IMG/VR virus record: IMGVR_UViG_3300037458_001347
Location: 1 to 32,655 of that record
DNA length: 32,655 nt
Direction: 5' to 3' (one strand)
DNA from: a virus
Lineage: Duplodnaviria; Caudoviricetes
Shown: piece by piece, positions 17,042-25,664 of the stretch
Layout: each line of letters opens with the position of its first letter
How positions within the stretch are numbered: position 1 is the first letter of the stretch
Program-made: the position numbers and the translations under genes
Notes under the pieces: model-generated
The model's input: only the letters and a program-made list of their open reading frames with translations
The model's database searches: none
Told to the model about the DNA's origin: nothing

Positions 17042-18457
17042 TCAGGTCACGATCGTGTCGGCCGTGCGGATGGCGGCGATGGATGCGCCCGTGCTGGTGA
17101 CGGAGGCGGTGTTCTCGAACGGCAGAATCGACTTCTTGCGCACCCGGGCCACCACGTCGAAGTCGGCGGCGTAGGTCATGGCCGGCGAGGCGATGCTGGT
17201 GCCGGCTGCCGCGTCGTCAATGATCGGCACCCACAGCGAGCCTGTCGCGCCGCTCGGGCTGGGGCTCACGCCGCTGAACACGGCGCCGCTGCGGCTGGTG
17301 TAGGTGTAGCGGGTGTCGCCGATCCGCAGCACGTGCGCGCCCGTGGGTATGTCGGCGGCCGGCGTCGTGGTGACGGTGACCGAGCTGGCGGTGGTCGACA
17401 AGATAGTGAACTGGGCCTTGTTGATGACGCCCGCCGTGGCGCGGGCCACCAGCACCCGGTCGCTCGCGGCCACCCCCGTCACCGACACCGTCATCTGCAC
17501 CGGCGGGGTGCGGGTGACGTTGTTGTTGTCGACCAGGCTGCGGTTGTTGGGGTCGCTGACGTTGGTGAGCCACACGCCCCGGGCGCCGAAGAGCTTGCCC
17601 CCCGCAAAGGACCCGAACGGAGAGACCTTGATCTCCGCGTAGGCGGTGTTCGCGGCGCGGTAGAAGCGGCCCTGCACGGACGTGCCGGAGCCGACGGCCG
17701 AGGTGTTCTCGCGGCGCGTCAGGAACTTGAGCCGCCGGTAGACCACCAGCACCGAGTTGCCGCCACCGTCCACGATGACGCTGTACGGCTGGTTGCCGTT
17801 GCCGTCGCCGATGTCCTGGCTGGTGGCGCCGAAGGTGAGCGTGACCCCGGTCACGCCACTGCCCGATCCGTCGTCGTTGGTGTCCGGCGCGGTGGCGATC
17901 GGCACCGGGTTGCGTCCGCCCGTGGCGCTGGCCTGGGCCACGAAGTGATCGTACAGGTCGGCGTTGGCCGCCGCGTTGTTGCGCGCGAAGACGGCCACCG
18001 CGCGGGCAATGCTGTCGGTGCTGATGTCGCTGCCGGCCGCCACCACCTTGCAGAGCTGGTCGATGTGCCCCGCGGTGTAGCCCGGATGCGAGGCCACCAG
18101 CGCGCCGTTCTGGTACAGGTACATCACCGCATCGGCCTCGATGGTGCCCAGGGTGTAGAAGTTGGCCCACACGTCGCGGTCGGTGGTGGCCTTCTGCACG
18201 ACGATCGAGCCGCCGTACAGATAGCCCAGGTCCGCGTCGGCATCGAACTGCCAACCGTTGATGAGGGTGTACTCCACCGGGGTCTGCGCCGACATGGGCA
18301 CCGACGAGTCCATGAACCCCGCGTCGTCGGCCAGATCCATGAGGGCCGAATACAGGGTGTTGACGGTGACGCGGGCGCTGCCGGTGTTGTGCCGCAGCTT
18401 CTTGGTGTCCTCGTCGTACTGCCAGTCGGTGAGGGTGGGGATGTTGACCCAGGGCAT
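17042..18457 (-). CDS. Hypothetical beta-rich virion-associated protein (471 aa)
   Basis: RBS AAGGAG; T/G/S/V-rich; PFGSFAGGKLFGARGVWL motif. Confidence 0.8.
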   Translation of the reverse strand: MPWVNIPTLTDWQYDEDTKKLRHNTGSARVTVNTLYSALMDLADDAGFMDSSVPMSAQTPVEYTLINGWQFDADADLGYLYGGSIVVQKATTDRDVWANFYTLGTIEADAVMYLYQNGALVASHPGYTAGHIDQLCKVVAAGSDISTDSIARAVAVFARNNAAANADLYDHFVAQASATGGRNPVPIATAPDTNDDGSGSGVTGVTLTFGATSQDIGDGNGNQPYSVIVDGGGNSVLVVYRRLKFLTRRENTSAVGSGTSVQGRFYRAANTAYAEIKVSPFGSFAGGKLFGARGVWLTNVSDPNNRSLVDNNNVTRTPPVQMTVSVTGVAASDRVLVARATAGVINKAQFTILSTTASSVTVTTTPAADIPTGAHVLRIGDTRYTYTSRSGAVFSGVSPSPSGATGSLWVPIIDDAAAGTSIASPAMTYAADFDVVARVRKKSILPFENTASVTSTGASIAAIRTADTIVT

Positions 18458-18467
18458 GTTGGGCTCC

Positions 18468-20771
18468 TTATGCGAAGGGGTCGGCCACTTGGGCCACGAA
18501 AACCGACGTGTCGGCAGACAGCGTGCCGGTCTGTGTCTCGAACGGCAAGTACTTGGGGGCGGCCGAGCCCTTGCGCACCTTGATCCGGTAGGCTGCGCCG
18601 CCGGAGACAGAGAACACCTCGGTCGTGGCGTCGGCCGTCAGCGACTCGACCTCCGAGCCGTCCGAGACCCGCTCGACGCGTACCGCGGAACCCACGACCA
18701 GGCCTTCGACGGTGATCGACACGTTGTTGTTGACCGTCGTGCTCGCCCCGCTGCCGTTGCGTACGGTCGGCGTATCACCGCCGACGATATTGAGCGTTAC
18801 CGCGCCACCGGAGTTGTTGTAGATCGCCGCGTCGGTCGTGCCGTTGGCACCGTAGCCGTCGAAGGTGTTACCGCTGAACGCGTATGTGCCAGGTACTGTG
18901 ATCTCGATAGCGTGGCCGCCGAGCGATGCGTTCGCGACGAATGCACAGCCCGTGACCTTCGACGGGTCGTTCGTCACTACCGCGGTCTGGACCGATTGGC
19001 GCACCGTGCAGCCGGACATCGACCCGCCGTTGAGCGTGATCGTGTAACACGCGCTGAAGGCGGCGTCGTTCAGCACGACGCCCGCCACGTCGTTGCTGAC
19101 CGCAAAGCCGTACATCACCATGCCGGCGAAGTTGTAGCTGGCGCTGGCGCTGCTGGCGCTGTCGATCACCATGTCAGACCGGAACAACGACGCCCATTGC
19201 GACGATCCCAGGTCGAACACGTCAGCCGGCCCACCCTTGATCCTGATCTCAAGCGAGTTGTTCGTGAGCTTGAATCTGCGCACGAAAGTGGAGTTCGAGT
19301 ACGGGCGAAGCGTCGCATTCGAGAACGCGGAGAAGGACACCACCGTCTTGTTCGTCCCGTCGCCGAACTGCAGCGGCACCATCGGCAGCAACTGCGTCTT
19401 GCCCTGCAGCAGCGAGTTCTGAGGATTCGTGCGTAGCTCGTCGGCGAAGGTCCAAGGGTTCAAAAGGGTCTGCAACTGCAGACCCGTGGGCAGCGGCGCA
19501 CCTCCACCTACGACCTTGACGGCCTGCTTCTTGAAGCCGTGCAGGTTTCGCAGCCAATAGCCGCGAGTCGCTGCGGCGCTGGTGCCGCCACGGGTGTAGA
19601 GCACGCCCAACTTGGCCACGCTGCCCAGATTCAAGGTGCCCGACGATGCGGCCGGAGTCATGTTCACCAGATCGAGAGCGAAGGTCAGGTAATTCCGATT
19701 GAAGTAAATGGCCGAGTACAGCCCACGCTCGACGATGTGGTGAGCAGCCCAGTTGCCGCCGGAGTCGACCACAACCAGGTACAGGCCTTTTTTGCCGAGA
19801 GTCGTCGTTGCGTCCAAAAAATCGATCTGCCCGGTAATGATCAGGCCGCTCCAGTCCTCCGACGCCGGGAACACCAGCACCGAGCCGCACATCTGCTCAG
19901 ATGCCAGCGAGTCCACCGTTGAGAAGAACGTGTGCGTGTTCAGTCCGGCCGAGACGTTTGGGGCGCCACCAACGCTGTTGCTTCCCGTAGTGGCCTGCGT
20001 CGTGAACCCGTCGATGCTGGCCGCGATGGTGTTGCCCGCCGCTAACGTATCGACCGGGTCGAACAGCGATCCGAACACCCCCAAGTGCCGCAGCACCGTG
20101 CCATACGAGGACAGGCGCAGCCTGCGTTGCCCGTCGCCGTTGTCCTTGACGGCAATCACGAAGGTCGATCCGTTACCCCCGTTGGCACGACGCAGCTTGT
20201 AGTCGGGCCGCGTTCCGGCCGATTCCTGGTCGGTGAACCCGATGTACTGCGCGGCGCCGAGATTCACCGTGCCGCGCATCACCTCCATGGTCAGCTCCGC
20301 AGGGTTTGCGAAGACGCAGGTACTGGAGGAGTCGAACGACCCGCCGTACAGCAGCAGGCATGGCTCTGTCGTCGCGATGCTCGGGAACGGGAACTGATTC
20401 GAGGATGCTGTCGCAGATGCAAGCGCTTTCTGCTGGATCGGCGTCGCCTGGTCAACGCCCCGAATGACCAGTATCGACGCGCCGATGTTGTCTGCCAGGG
20501 TGCTGCCGATGGTCAGAGCCCCTTCGGCCGATGATTCCGCCAGCTTCATCCAGCCGTAGCAGCGCTGTCCGTTGTGGGCTGCCTGAGCTTCGGCGAACAG
20601 CGCGCTCCACCCCGTGCCGCCAGTCACGGCAAAGGTGCCGCTGCCACCGTCCTGCGTCACGATGGCAATCAGGAGATCCCCTGCCTGATGCCCGACTGGA
20701 ATGGGTATCGTCAGGCTGGACGCGGCAGCGACATCTTCGTCGACCCAATCCGAGAGGGCAATGTATGCCAC
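18468..20771 (-). CDS. Large beta-rich fibre/adhesin-like protein with beta-helix-like C-terminal part (767 aa)
   Basis: Long clean ORF; GHQAGDLLIAIV N-domain; GTYAFSGNTFDGYG..AAIYNNSGGAVTLNI C-region. Confidence 0.8.
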   Translation of the reverse strand: MAYIALSDWVDEDVAAASSLTIPIPVGHQAGDLLIAIVTQDGGSGTFAVTGGTGWSALFAEAQAAHNGQRCYGWMKLAESSAEGALTIGSTLADNIGASILVIRGVDQATPIQQKALASATASSNQFPFPSIATTEPCLLLYGGSFDSSSTCVFANPAELTMEVMRGTVNLGAAQYIGFTDQESAGTRPDYKLRRANGGNGSTFVIAVKDNGDGQRRLRLSSYGTVLRHLGVFGSLFDPVDTLAAGNTIAASIDGFTTQATTGSNSVGGAPNVSAGLNTHTFFSTVDSLASEQMCGSVLVFPASEDWSGLIITGQIDFLDATTTLGKKGLYLVVVDSGGNWAAHHIVERGLYSAIYFNRNYLTFALDLVNMTPAASSGTLNLGSVAKLGVLYTRGGTSAAATRGYWLRNLHGFKKQAVKVVGGGAPLPTGLQLQTLLNPWTFADELRTNPQNSLLQGKTQLLPMVPLQFGDGTNKTVVSFSAFSNATLRPYSNSTFVRRFKLTNNSLEIRIKGGPADVFDLGSSQWASLFRSDMVIDSASSASASYNFAGMVMYGFAVSNDVAGVVLNDAAFSACYTITLNGGSMSGCTVRQSVQTAVVTNDPSKVTGCAFVANASLGGHAIEITVPGTYAFSGNTFDGYGANGTTDAAIYNNSGGAVTLNIVGGDTPTVRNGSGASTTVNNNVSITVEGLVVGSAVRVERVSDGSEVESLTADATTEVFSVSGGAAYRIKVRKGSAAPKYLPFETQTGTLSADTSVFVAQVADPFA

Positions 20772-20778
20772 GACGCGC

Positions 20779-21111
20779 TCAACCCGCTCGCGCCACCGCT
20801 CCGTGGGAGCCCTGTTCGGTCAGAATGGCCGCGATGGCAACCTCGATGCCCACCAGAGCTTGAGCCAGGGCGAAGTTCCCCTCCGCGGCCTTGACCTCGG
20901 CCTCGGCGAAGGCGTCTTCGATCACGACGACGTGCTGCGCCTTGTCGTAATGCTTTTGCGCCTCCCCGTCCCTGCCGAGCAGCTTGTAGACCAACCGGAC
21001 GTGCGCCTTCGAGTTCTGCTCCTCGCTGATGACGATCCGCAGCTCGTTGACGTGGACCTCGTTGTAGGTGATGGCGGGCATCGTGGGCCCCGCGGCGACG
21101 GTGATGGGCAT
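20779..21111 (-). CDS. Hypothetical protein (110 aa), first gene of the accessory cassette
   Basis: ATG 21111 with upstream GGGAG; normal composition from MPITVAAG onward. Confidence 0.7.
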   Translation of the reverse strand: MPITVAAGPTMPAITYNEVHVNELRIVISEEQNSKAHVRLVYKLLGRDGEAQKHYDKAQHVVVIEDAFAEAEVKAAEGNFALAQALVGIEVAIAAILTEQGSHGAVARAG

Positions 21112-21146
21112 GGAGCGCTCCCGCGATCTGTGAGCTAAGCTCCCCG

Positions 21147-21191
21147 AGCGTGGCCGATGCAGCCCCCGGCAGGCAGCGGGAAGCGCTTCCC
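21147..21191 (-). promoter_or_regulatory. Candidate Mor/C-activated late promoter for the accessory cassette
   Basis: GGGAAGCGCTTCCCGCTGCCT-N17-C-CACGCT, aligns gap-free with the other two copies. Confidence 0.6.
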
Positions 21192-21308
21192 GCCGTCCAT
21201 CGAGCCGCTCTCGCGCGCGCGGCGCCGAGCGCCCATGAAGCCGCCGCCGCGGATGACGGGCCGGGCGGCCCGCGCGCGCCTTGTAGGCCCGGGTTTCCGA
21301 ATCCGGCC

Positions 21309-21914
21309 TCAGCCGCCGCCGCGGCCGGCCAGCCACTCGTTCAGCGCCGCCAGCACCGCGGCCTGCTCGGCCGGGTACAGGCTCGCGTCCACTCCACCCT
21401 CGGCGCGGATGGGCAGGAACGGCCGGGCCGGGATGCGGATGCTGTACGGCCCCACCTGCACCTGGCGCGCCTGGGCGCGCTTGTGCGAGGCCTTGGCGAA
21501 GATCAGCCCCTTGCCGTTCATGATGGCGCTGCGCAGCAGCTCGCCGCGGGCGTTGGTGCGGAAGCGCACCGTCGATGCCCCGCCCTTGCGCTGGATGGTG
21601 CCGCCGAACTGGTGGATGGCGGCGTAGGGCGCGCTGGCCTGCACCGTCAGGTCGGTGGCGGTGGCCCGGTGCACGATCTGGCGCCGCAGGTCGCCGGTGG
21701 GGCCGCTGAGCGTGGGCCGGCCGTCGGGCCGCTTCTTGGGCGTCCACCGCTGGCTGTCAGGGCCGGTCTGGGCCGTGAAGCGCGCTTTGGTGCGCTGCAC
21801 AATGTCCTCGCCGATGTCGGCCAGCACCGGGCGCATGTTGGCCACGCGGCGGGCCAGCGCATCGAGCGCCTGGCGCACGGCCTGGTCGTGGACGGTGATG
21901 GTGATCTTGGTCAT
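21309..21914 (-). CDS. Virion morphogenesis protein (Mu gpG family)
   Basis: RF..QTGPD.QRW, TGDLRRQI, YAAIHQFGG, IPARPFLP. Confidence 0.93.
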   Translation of the reverse strand: MTKITITVHDQAVRQALDALARRVANMRPVLADIGEDIVQRTKARFTAQTGPDSQRWTPKKRPDGRPTLSGPTGDLRRQIVHRATATDLTVQASAPYAAIHQFGGTIQRKGGASTVRFRTNARGELLRSAIMNGKGLIFAKASHKRAQARQVQVGPYSIRIPARPFLPIRAEGGVDASLYPAEQAAVLAALNEWLAGRGGG

Positions 21915-22015
21915 GGCTTAGACTCTCGAACAGCGCGGTCGGCAAATGCGGACTCGCTCAGGGCGTAATGGTCGGGGGGCACTTCGGTGCAACATCGGCT
22001 CCTGCAGCCGCCGCG

Positions 22016-24145
22016 CTACCTTCCGACTTTCACCACTAGTGAAATCAGGGCCAGCGAGCGGTTGTGCTTGCCTGGCAGCCGCTCGAAGACGGCGCGCATC
22101 ACCTCAGCCCCGAACCGCTTGGTCGCGACCACGGTGGCATTACCGTGGCGTGATGCTGTGCCCGCGCGCAGACTGTCGGCCGAGTTCAGCGTCTCGGCGA
22201 GTCGGCTGTAATCGTCTGGCTGGGCCAGACGCTGGGTGCCGCCGTCGTGCTCATGATCGCGGAACACATGCCGCGGCGTCTCGGCAGGCAACAGCACAAG
22301 ATAGCCCTTCACTTCTGCGCCGGCCGCCTGGCCGATGCGGGCAAAGTCGTCGGCAAAGCCGAGCCACAGCGGCTCCGCCACAGTCGGGTCGGCCAGCACC
22401 CGGCGCACGAAGGCGGGCGCCGGCTGCGATGCGTTGACATACCGCGTGACATCGCGAGACAGCGCCGCGGTGATCGCGTCCGGGTAGGTGATCAGCTTGT
22501 CCTGCACCATCTGCCGCAGCGCCACGTCGGTGCTGGCCCCCGGCGCGTAGTCGAACCCCCGGTCGATGCCCACCGGGGCGCCGGTCTTGTCGTCGATCTG
22601 GTCCCAGCCCGCCGGCGGCTCGGTGGCGGCGCCAGGCGCGGGCGCCTTCACCGGGTGGATCTCGCAGCGGCAATTGCTTACGACTAACCCCCCTGCCAGA
22701 ATTAGCCCTGTATCAGTCACGAAGTCAAAGACATGCCCAGCCCACACCGCTTTGCCAATCTGGACGACCTCGTCGCGCGTTACCTGGGTGGGGTTAGCCT
22801 GCAGCAGCTCGCCGAACAGGCGGGCAGCACCCGATACCTGCTCGGGCGAGCACTGACCGCTGCCGGCGTCACCCTGCGCGACCAGTCCGCCGCCGAACGC
22901 GCGCGATGGAAGGCTATCAAGGCCACGCCCGGCGGCGTCGAAAGACAGCTCGGTGCAGCCTGGGTTGCTGCCGATGCGCGCAACGCCCCGATGGAGCGCA
23001 AGGCGCTGTCGCTGTACCGCGGCGGCCTCATCAGCCAGGCGCAGATCGCCAAGCGGCTGGGCATTTCCAAGCCAACCGTGGGGAACATGCTGCGCAGGAA
23101 CGACATCGTGCTCGATCAAAAGAGCCTGCGACGTGCCACCGGGAATGCCGGCGGCTTCAACCCCGCCATGCAGACCGACCTCGAGCCCGCTTTCGCCGAT
23201 GAACTGACGGCGCGAGGCCTCGACTACATCCACCAGTGCGCCATCGGAACCCGCAATGTGGACTTCGGGTTTGCGCAGGCTCGCGTCGCCGTGGAAATCG
23301 TGCGGCGCCATCGGTGCAACGCGAAGTCCCTGGGCCGCGAGAGACTCGAACAGCTCTTCGGCGCGGGCTGGCGCCTGTTCGTCATCTATGACCCCGACAA
23401 GCGCGGCGTGCAGATAGCCCGTGCTGCCGATCAGCTCGTCGCCTTCTTGGACTTCATGCGCGCAAACCCACCCGCGGGCGGTCAGTACGGGATGGTTGGC
23501 GGTGACGGTGAGGTTGTTCCCGCCCGCCGTGGTCAGCTCCACCATTTCGCCCGCGTACCAGGTTTTTAGGCCCAGTCGGGCCTTGCAACGCACGGGCACG
23601 TGAGCTGGGAAGCAGTTCCAGCCGTTGGGCGCGAAGTGGGTCTTCCAGAACGCGTGCTCGCGCGGCAGCGTCAGCCCGTCCCAGCGCTGGTGCTCCGGGC
23701 GCGGGTGCAGCACGCCGTCGCTGTGCACGTACTTCCAGTACGGGCGGATGGCCGCGAACTCGGGGTCGACCATCTGCCGCCGCCGGCCCGCGGCGTAGCT
23801 GGTGGCCATGTTGGTCTGGTAGATGATGCGCGTGCGCCAGGCCTCGCCCGCCTTGCTGCCCTCGCCCGTCCACCCCGTCCACCCGCGGTGCTCCACCAGC
23901 GCCCGGAAGTCCTTGCGGAAGCCCGCCAGGCTGCCGCTCTCCATCGCCTTGTCGACCGCGGTGCGCAGGTCTTGCAGCAGGTCGGCCTTGGCCGCGCCGG
24001 CCACGGCGAAGGCGCGGTCGTGCGCCGCGCGCATGATGTCGTCCCACCGCTCGGTGGGCAGGTTGAGCTTGCGGCGGAAGAAGTCCAGCTGCTCGGCGAA
24101 GGGGGTGCCGAAGCCGAAGGTGGCCGCAGCGGGGGCCGTGGCCAC
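22016..24145 (-). CDS. Minor head protein MuF (gpF) with an intein and a C-terminal BECR/PBECR-like nuclease-type extension
   Basis: HDRAFAVAGA, IIYQTNMATSYAAGR, RPEH, FWKTHFAPNGWN|CRC, GIDRGFDYAPG. Confidence 0.93.
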   Translation of the reverse strand: MATAPAAATFGFGTPFAEQLDFFRRKLNLPTERWDDIMRAAHDRAFAVAGAAKADLLQDLRTAVDKAMESGSLAGFRKDFRALVEHRGWTGWTGEGSKAGEAWRTRIIYQTNMATSYAAGRRRQMVDPEFAAIRPYWKYVHSDGVLHPRPEHQRWDGLTLPREHAFWKTHFAPNGWNCFPAHVPVRCKARLGLKTWYAGEMVELTTAGGNNLTVTANHPVLTARGWVCAHEVQEGDELIGSTGYLHAALVGVIDDEQAPARAEELFESLAAQGLRVAPMAPHDFHGDASLRKPEVHIAGSDGALVDVVEASRRQFIGESGLEVGLHGGVEAAGIPGGTSQALLIEHDVVPAQHVPHGWLGNAQPLGDLRLADEAAAVQRQRLALHRGVARIGSNPGCTELSFDAAGRGLDSLPSRAFGGGLVAQGDAGSGQCSPEQVSGAARLFGELLQANPTQVTRDEVVQIGKAVWAGHVFDFVTDTGLILAGGLVVSNCRCEIHPVKAPAPGAATEPPAGWDQIDDKTGAPVGIDRGFDYAPGASTDVALRQMVQDKLITYPDAITAALSRDVTRYVNASQPAPAFVRRVLADPTVAEPLWLGFADDFARIGQAAGAEVKGYLVLLPAETPRHVFRDHEHDGGTQRLAQPDDYSRLAETLNSADSLRAGTASRHGNATVVATKRFGAEVMRAVFERLPGKHNRSLALISLVVKVGR
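22674..22702 (+). promoter_or_regulatory. Candidate sigma70 promoter for the antisense ORF
   Basis: TTGCTT-N17-CAGAAT with extended -10 TG (22694-95), 30 nt before ATG 22733. Confidence 0.5.
22733..23569 (+). CDS. Antisense-encoded 2xHTH + Vsr/DUF559-like endonuclease nested in the intein (putative homing endonuclease)
   Basis: HTH-like YLGGVSLQQLAEQAGST..LGRALTAAGV and YRGGLISQAQIAKRLGISKPTVGNMLRRNDI; nuclease-like TDLE..FADEL..RGLDYIHQ..IG.RNVDF....RVAVEI...RLEQL..AGWRLFVI. Confidence 0.8.
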   Translation: MPSPHRFANLDDLVARYLGGVSLQQLAEQAGSTRYLLGRALTAAGVTLRDQSAAERARWKAIKATPGGVERQLGAAWVAADARNAPMERKALSLYRGGLISQAQIAKRLGISKPTVGNMLRRNDIVLDQKSLRRATGNAGGFNPAMQTDLEPAFADELTARGLDYIHQCAIGTRNVDFGFAQARVAVEIVRRHRCNAKSLGRERLEQLFGAGWRLFVIYDPDKRGVQIARAADQLVAFLDFMRANPPAGGQYGMVGGDGEVVPARRGQLHHFARVPGF

Positions 24146-24146
24146 C

Positions 24147-25664
24147 TCAGCGCACCCCGCCGTCCTCGCGCGCCGCGGCCATGCCCTTGAGCTCGGCCAG
24201 CGCCAGCGCCGCGGACATGATGCGCACCAGCTCGTCGGTGTCGAGCCCGCCGTAGGCGTCGGTCAGCCGGCGCTGCAGCGTGGCCAGGTCGGGCGCGGCC
24301 TCCACCACGGCGGCCAGCTCGTCCATCATGGCCTGCCAGCTCGGCGCCGCCGCCGCGGCCAGCGCGGCCTGCTCGGCAGCGGTGGGGTCGGGCGGGTCGG
24401 CATCGCCGGCCGCAAAGGCGGCCACGGCAGCCGCGCCGGCGTTCCCGGCCGCCGCGGGCGTGCCGGGCGGTAACGCCGGGCCGGAGGGCGCGGCCACCTC
24501 GGCCAGGTCGCTCTCCTTGTAGCCGTAGGTGTCGATCCAGTAGCTGCGGCTGAAGCGCGCGCCGGCGTCGAAGTTGCTCTTGTCGCGCGCGGCCTGGTCG
24601 CGGTCGCGCGCCTCCTGGTCCCACAGATTGAACACCGGAGCCTCGGCGCCGGGCCAGTTGATCTGCACCGCCCAGCCGATCAGCTGGTTGATCATGCCCT
24701 CGACCAGGCGCGCGTTGGCGTCGCGCAGATCGTCGGCCACGTCCATGCCCGCGCTGGCGCTGGCCTTGTTCGAGGTGACCTCCACCGTCTGGTTGGTGCC
24801 GGTCAGCACGATGCTGATCTCGCTGCGGCAGTACATCACCAGGCGCTCGTACAGGTCGGAGCTGGCGGTCTTGCCTGCTGCCTCGACCAGCTCGACGCTG
24901 CCGTCGTCGGGGATCACGGCCACGCCGTCCTGGATCAGCGCCTCGAGGTCGGCCAGCAGCGCCGCGCGCTCGGCAGCGTCGGCCGACCGCGGCAGCTTGC
25001 CGATGCTGAAGGCGGCGCCGAACTTCTCGGCGAACGCGAGCCAGAACCTCATCGACCCCTTCTTGAACACGACCGGCCAGTAGCACAGCGCCAGGTCGCC
25101 CAGGCCGTAGGGGTTGTGGTAGGTGGCGTCCTGCCGCGGCAGCAGAAACTTGCGCTCGGGCAGCAGCTCGCCGTACAGCGGCGAGCTCCGCGTCTTGAAC
25201 CGCAGCGCGCCCTCGCTGTCGAAGCAGAACCACTCCGGCGGCAGCGCCACCACGTCGGCCGGCCACACGCCGGCGAAGGGGCCGCCGCCGCCGGCGCGCC
25301 AGTCGATCTCCATCGGCGCGTAGCCGAAGAGGGTGGCCTCGAGCGCGTCGCAGATGATGCGCGCCATGTCCAGCCGATCGAGCATCGCCTTGATGGCCTT
25401 GGCCACGCGGGCCGGGCTGCGTGCGGCGTCGACGCCCCATTCCATGGCCGCCACCGCGCCCTTGCGGCGGCGGATGCAGGCGCCCACGTGACTGTCGCGC
25501 GCCAGCTCGCGGTAGGTCTTGATGTCCTTGCCGGTGGCCTTGAGGATCGGGTCGGGGTTGGGCAGCAGCAGGCCCATGAAGGCGAAGTCCAGCGCCTCCA
25601 TGCGCGTGGCCACGGGGCCGCTGGTGAGGCCGCGGCGGGCGTAGGGGCCGTAGGGGGTGCTCAT
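24147..25664 (-). CDS. Portal protein (Mu gp29, DUF935)
   Basis: LPNPDPILK, RDSHVGACIRRRK, NPYGLGDL..CYWP..FKK. Confidence 0.93.
   Translation of the reverse strand: MSTPYGPYARRGLTSGPVATRMEALDFAFMGLLLPNPDPILKATGKDIKTYRELARDSHVGACIRRRKGAVAAMEWGVDAARSPARVAKAIKAMLDRLDMARIICDALEATLFGYAPMEIDWRAGGGGPFAGVWPADVVALPPEWFCFDSEGALRFKTRSSPLYGELLPERKFLLPRQDATYHNPYGLGDLALCYWPVVFKKGSMRFWLAFAEKFGAAFSIGKLPRSADAAERAALLADLEALIQDGVAVIPDDGSVELVEAAGKTASSDLYERLVMYCRSEISIVLTGTNQTVEVTSNKASASAGMDVADDLRDANARLVEGMINQLIGWAVQINWPGAEAPVFNLWDQEARDRDQAARDKSNFDAGARFSRSYWIDTYGYKESDLAEVAAPSGPALPPGTPAAAGNAGAAAVAAFAAGDADPPDPTAAEQAALAAAAAPSWQAMMDELAAVVEAAPDLATLQRRLTDAYGGLDTDELVRIMSAALALAELKGMAAAREDGGVR

Larger units (their letters stand above)
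22673..23614 (-). mobile_element. Intein (314 aa) inserted in the MuF GWN/CRC motif
   Basis: Cys1 (CFPAHVPV), block B LTVTANHPVLT, block F GHVFDFVT, terminal VVSN followed by Cys+1; removal restores PNGWNCRC. Confidence 0.92.

Noticed and set aside
21134-21921. GCTTAG/CTAAGC hexamer recurring near 14571-14600, 21135 and 21916
   Set aside because: Too short and inconsistently placed to distinguish from chance by eye
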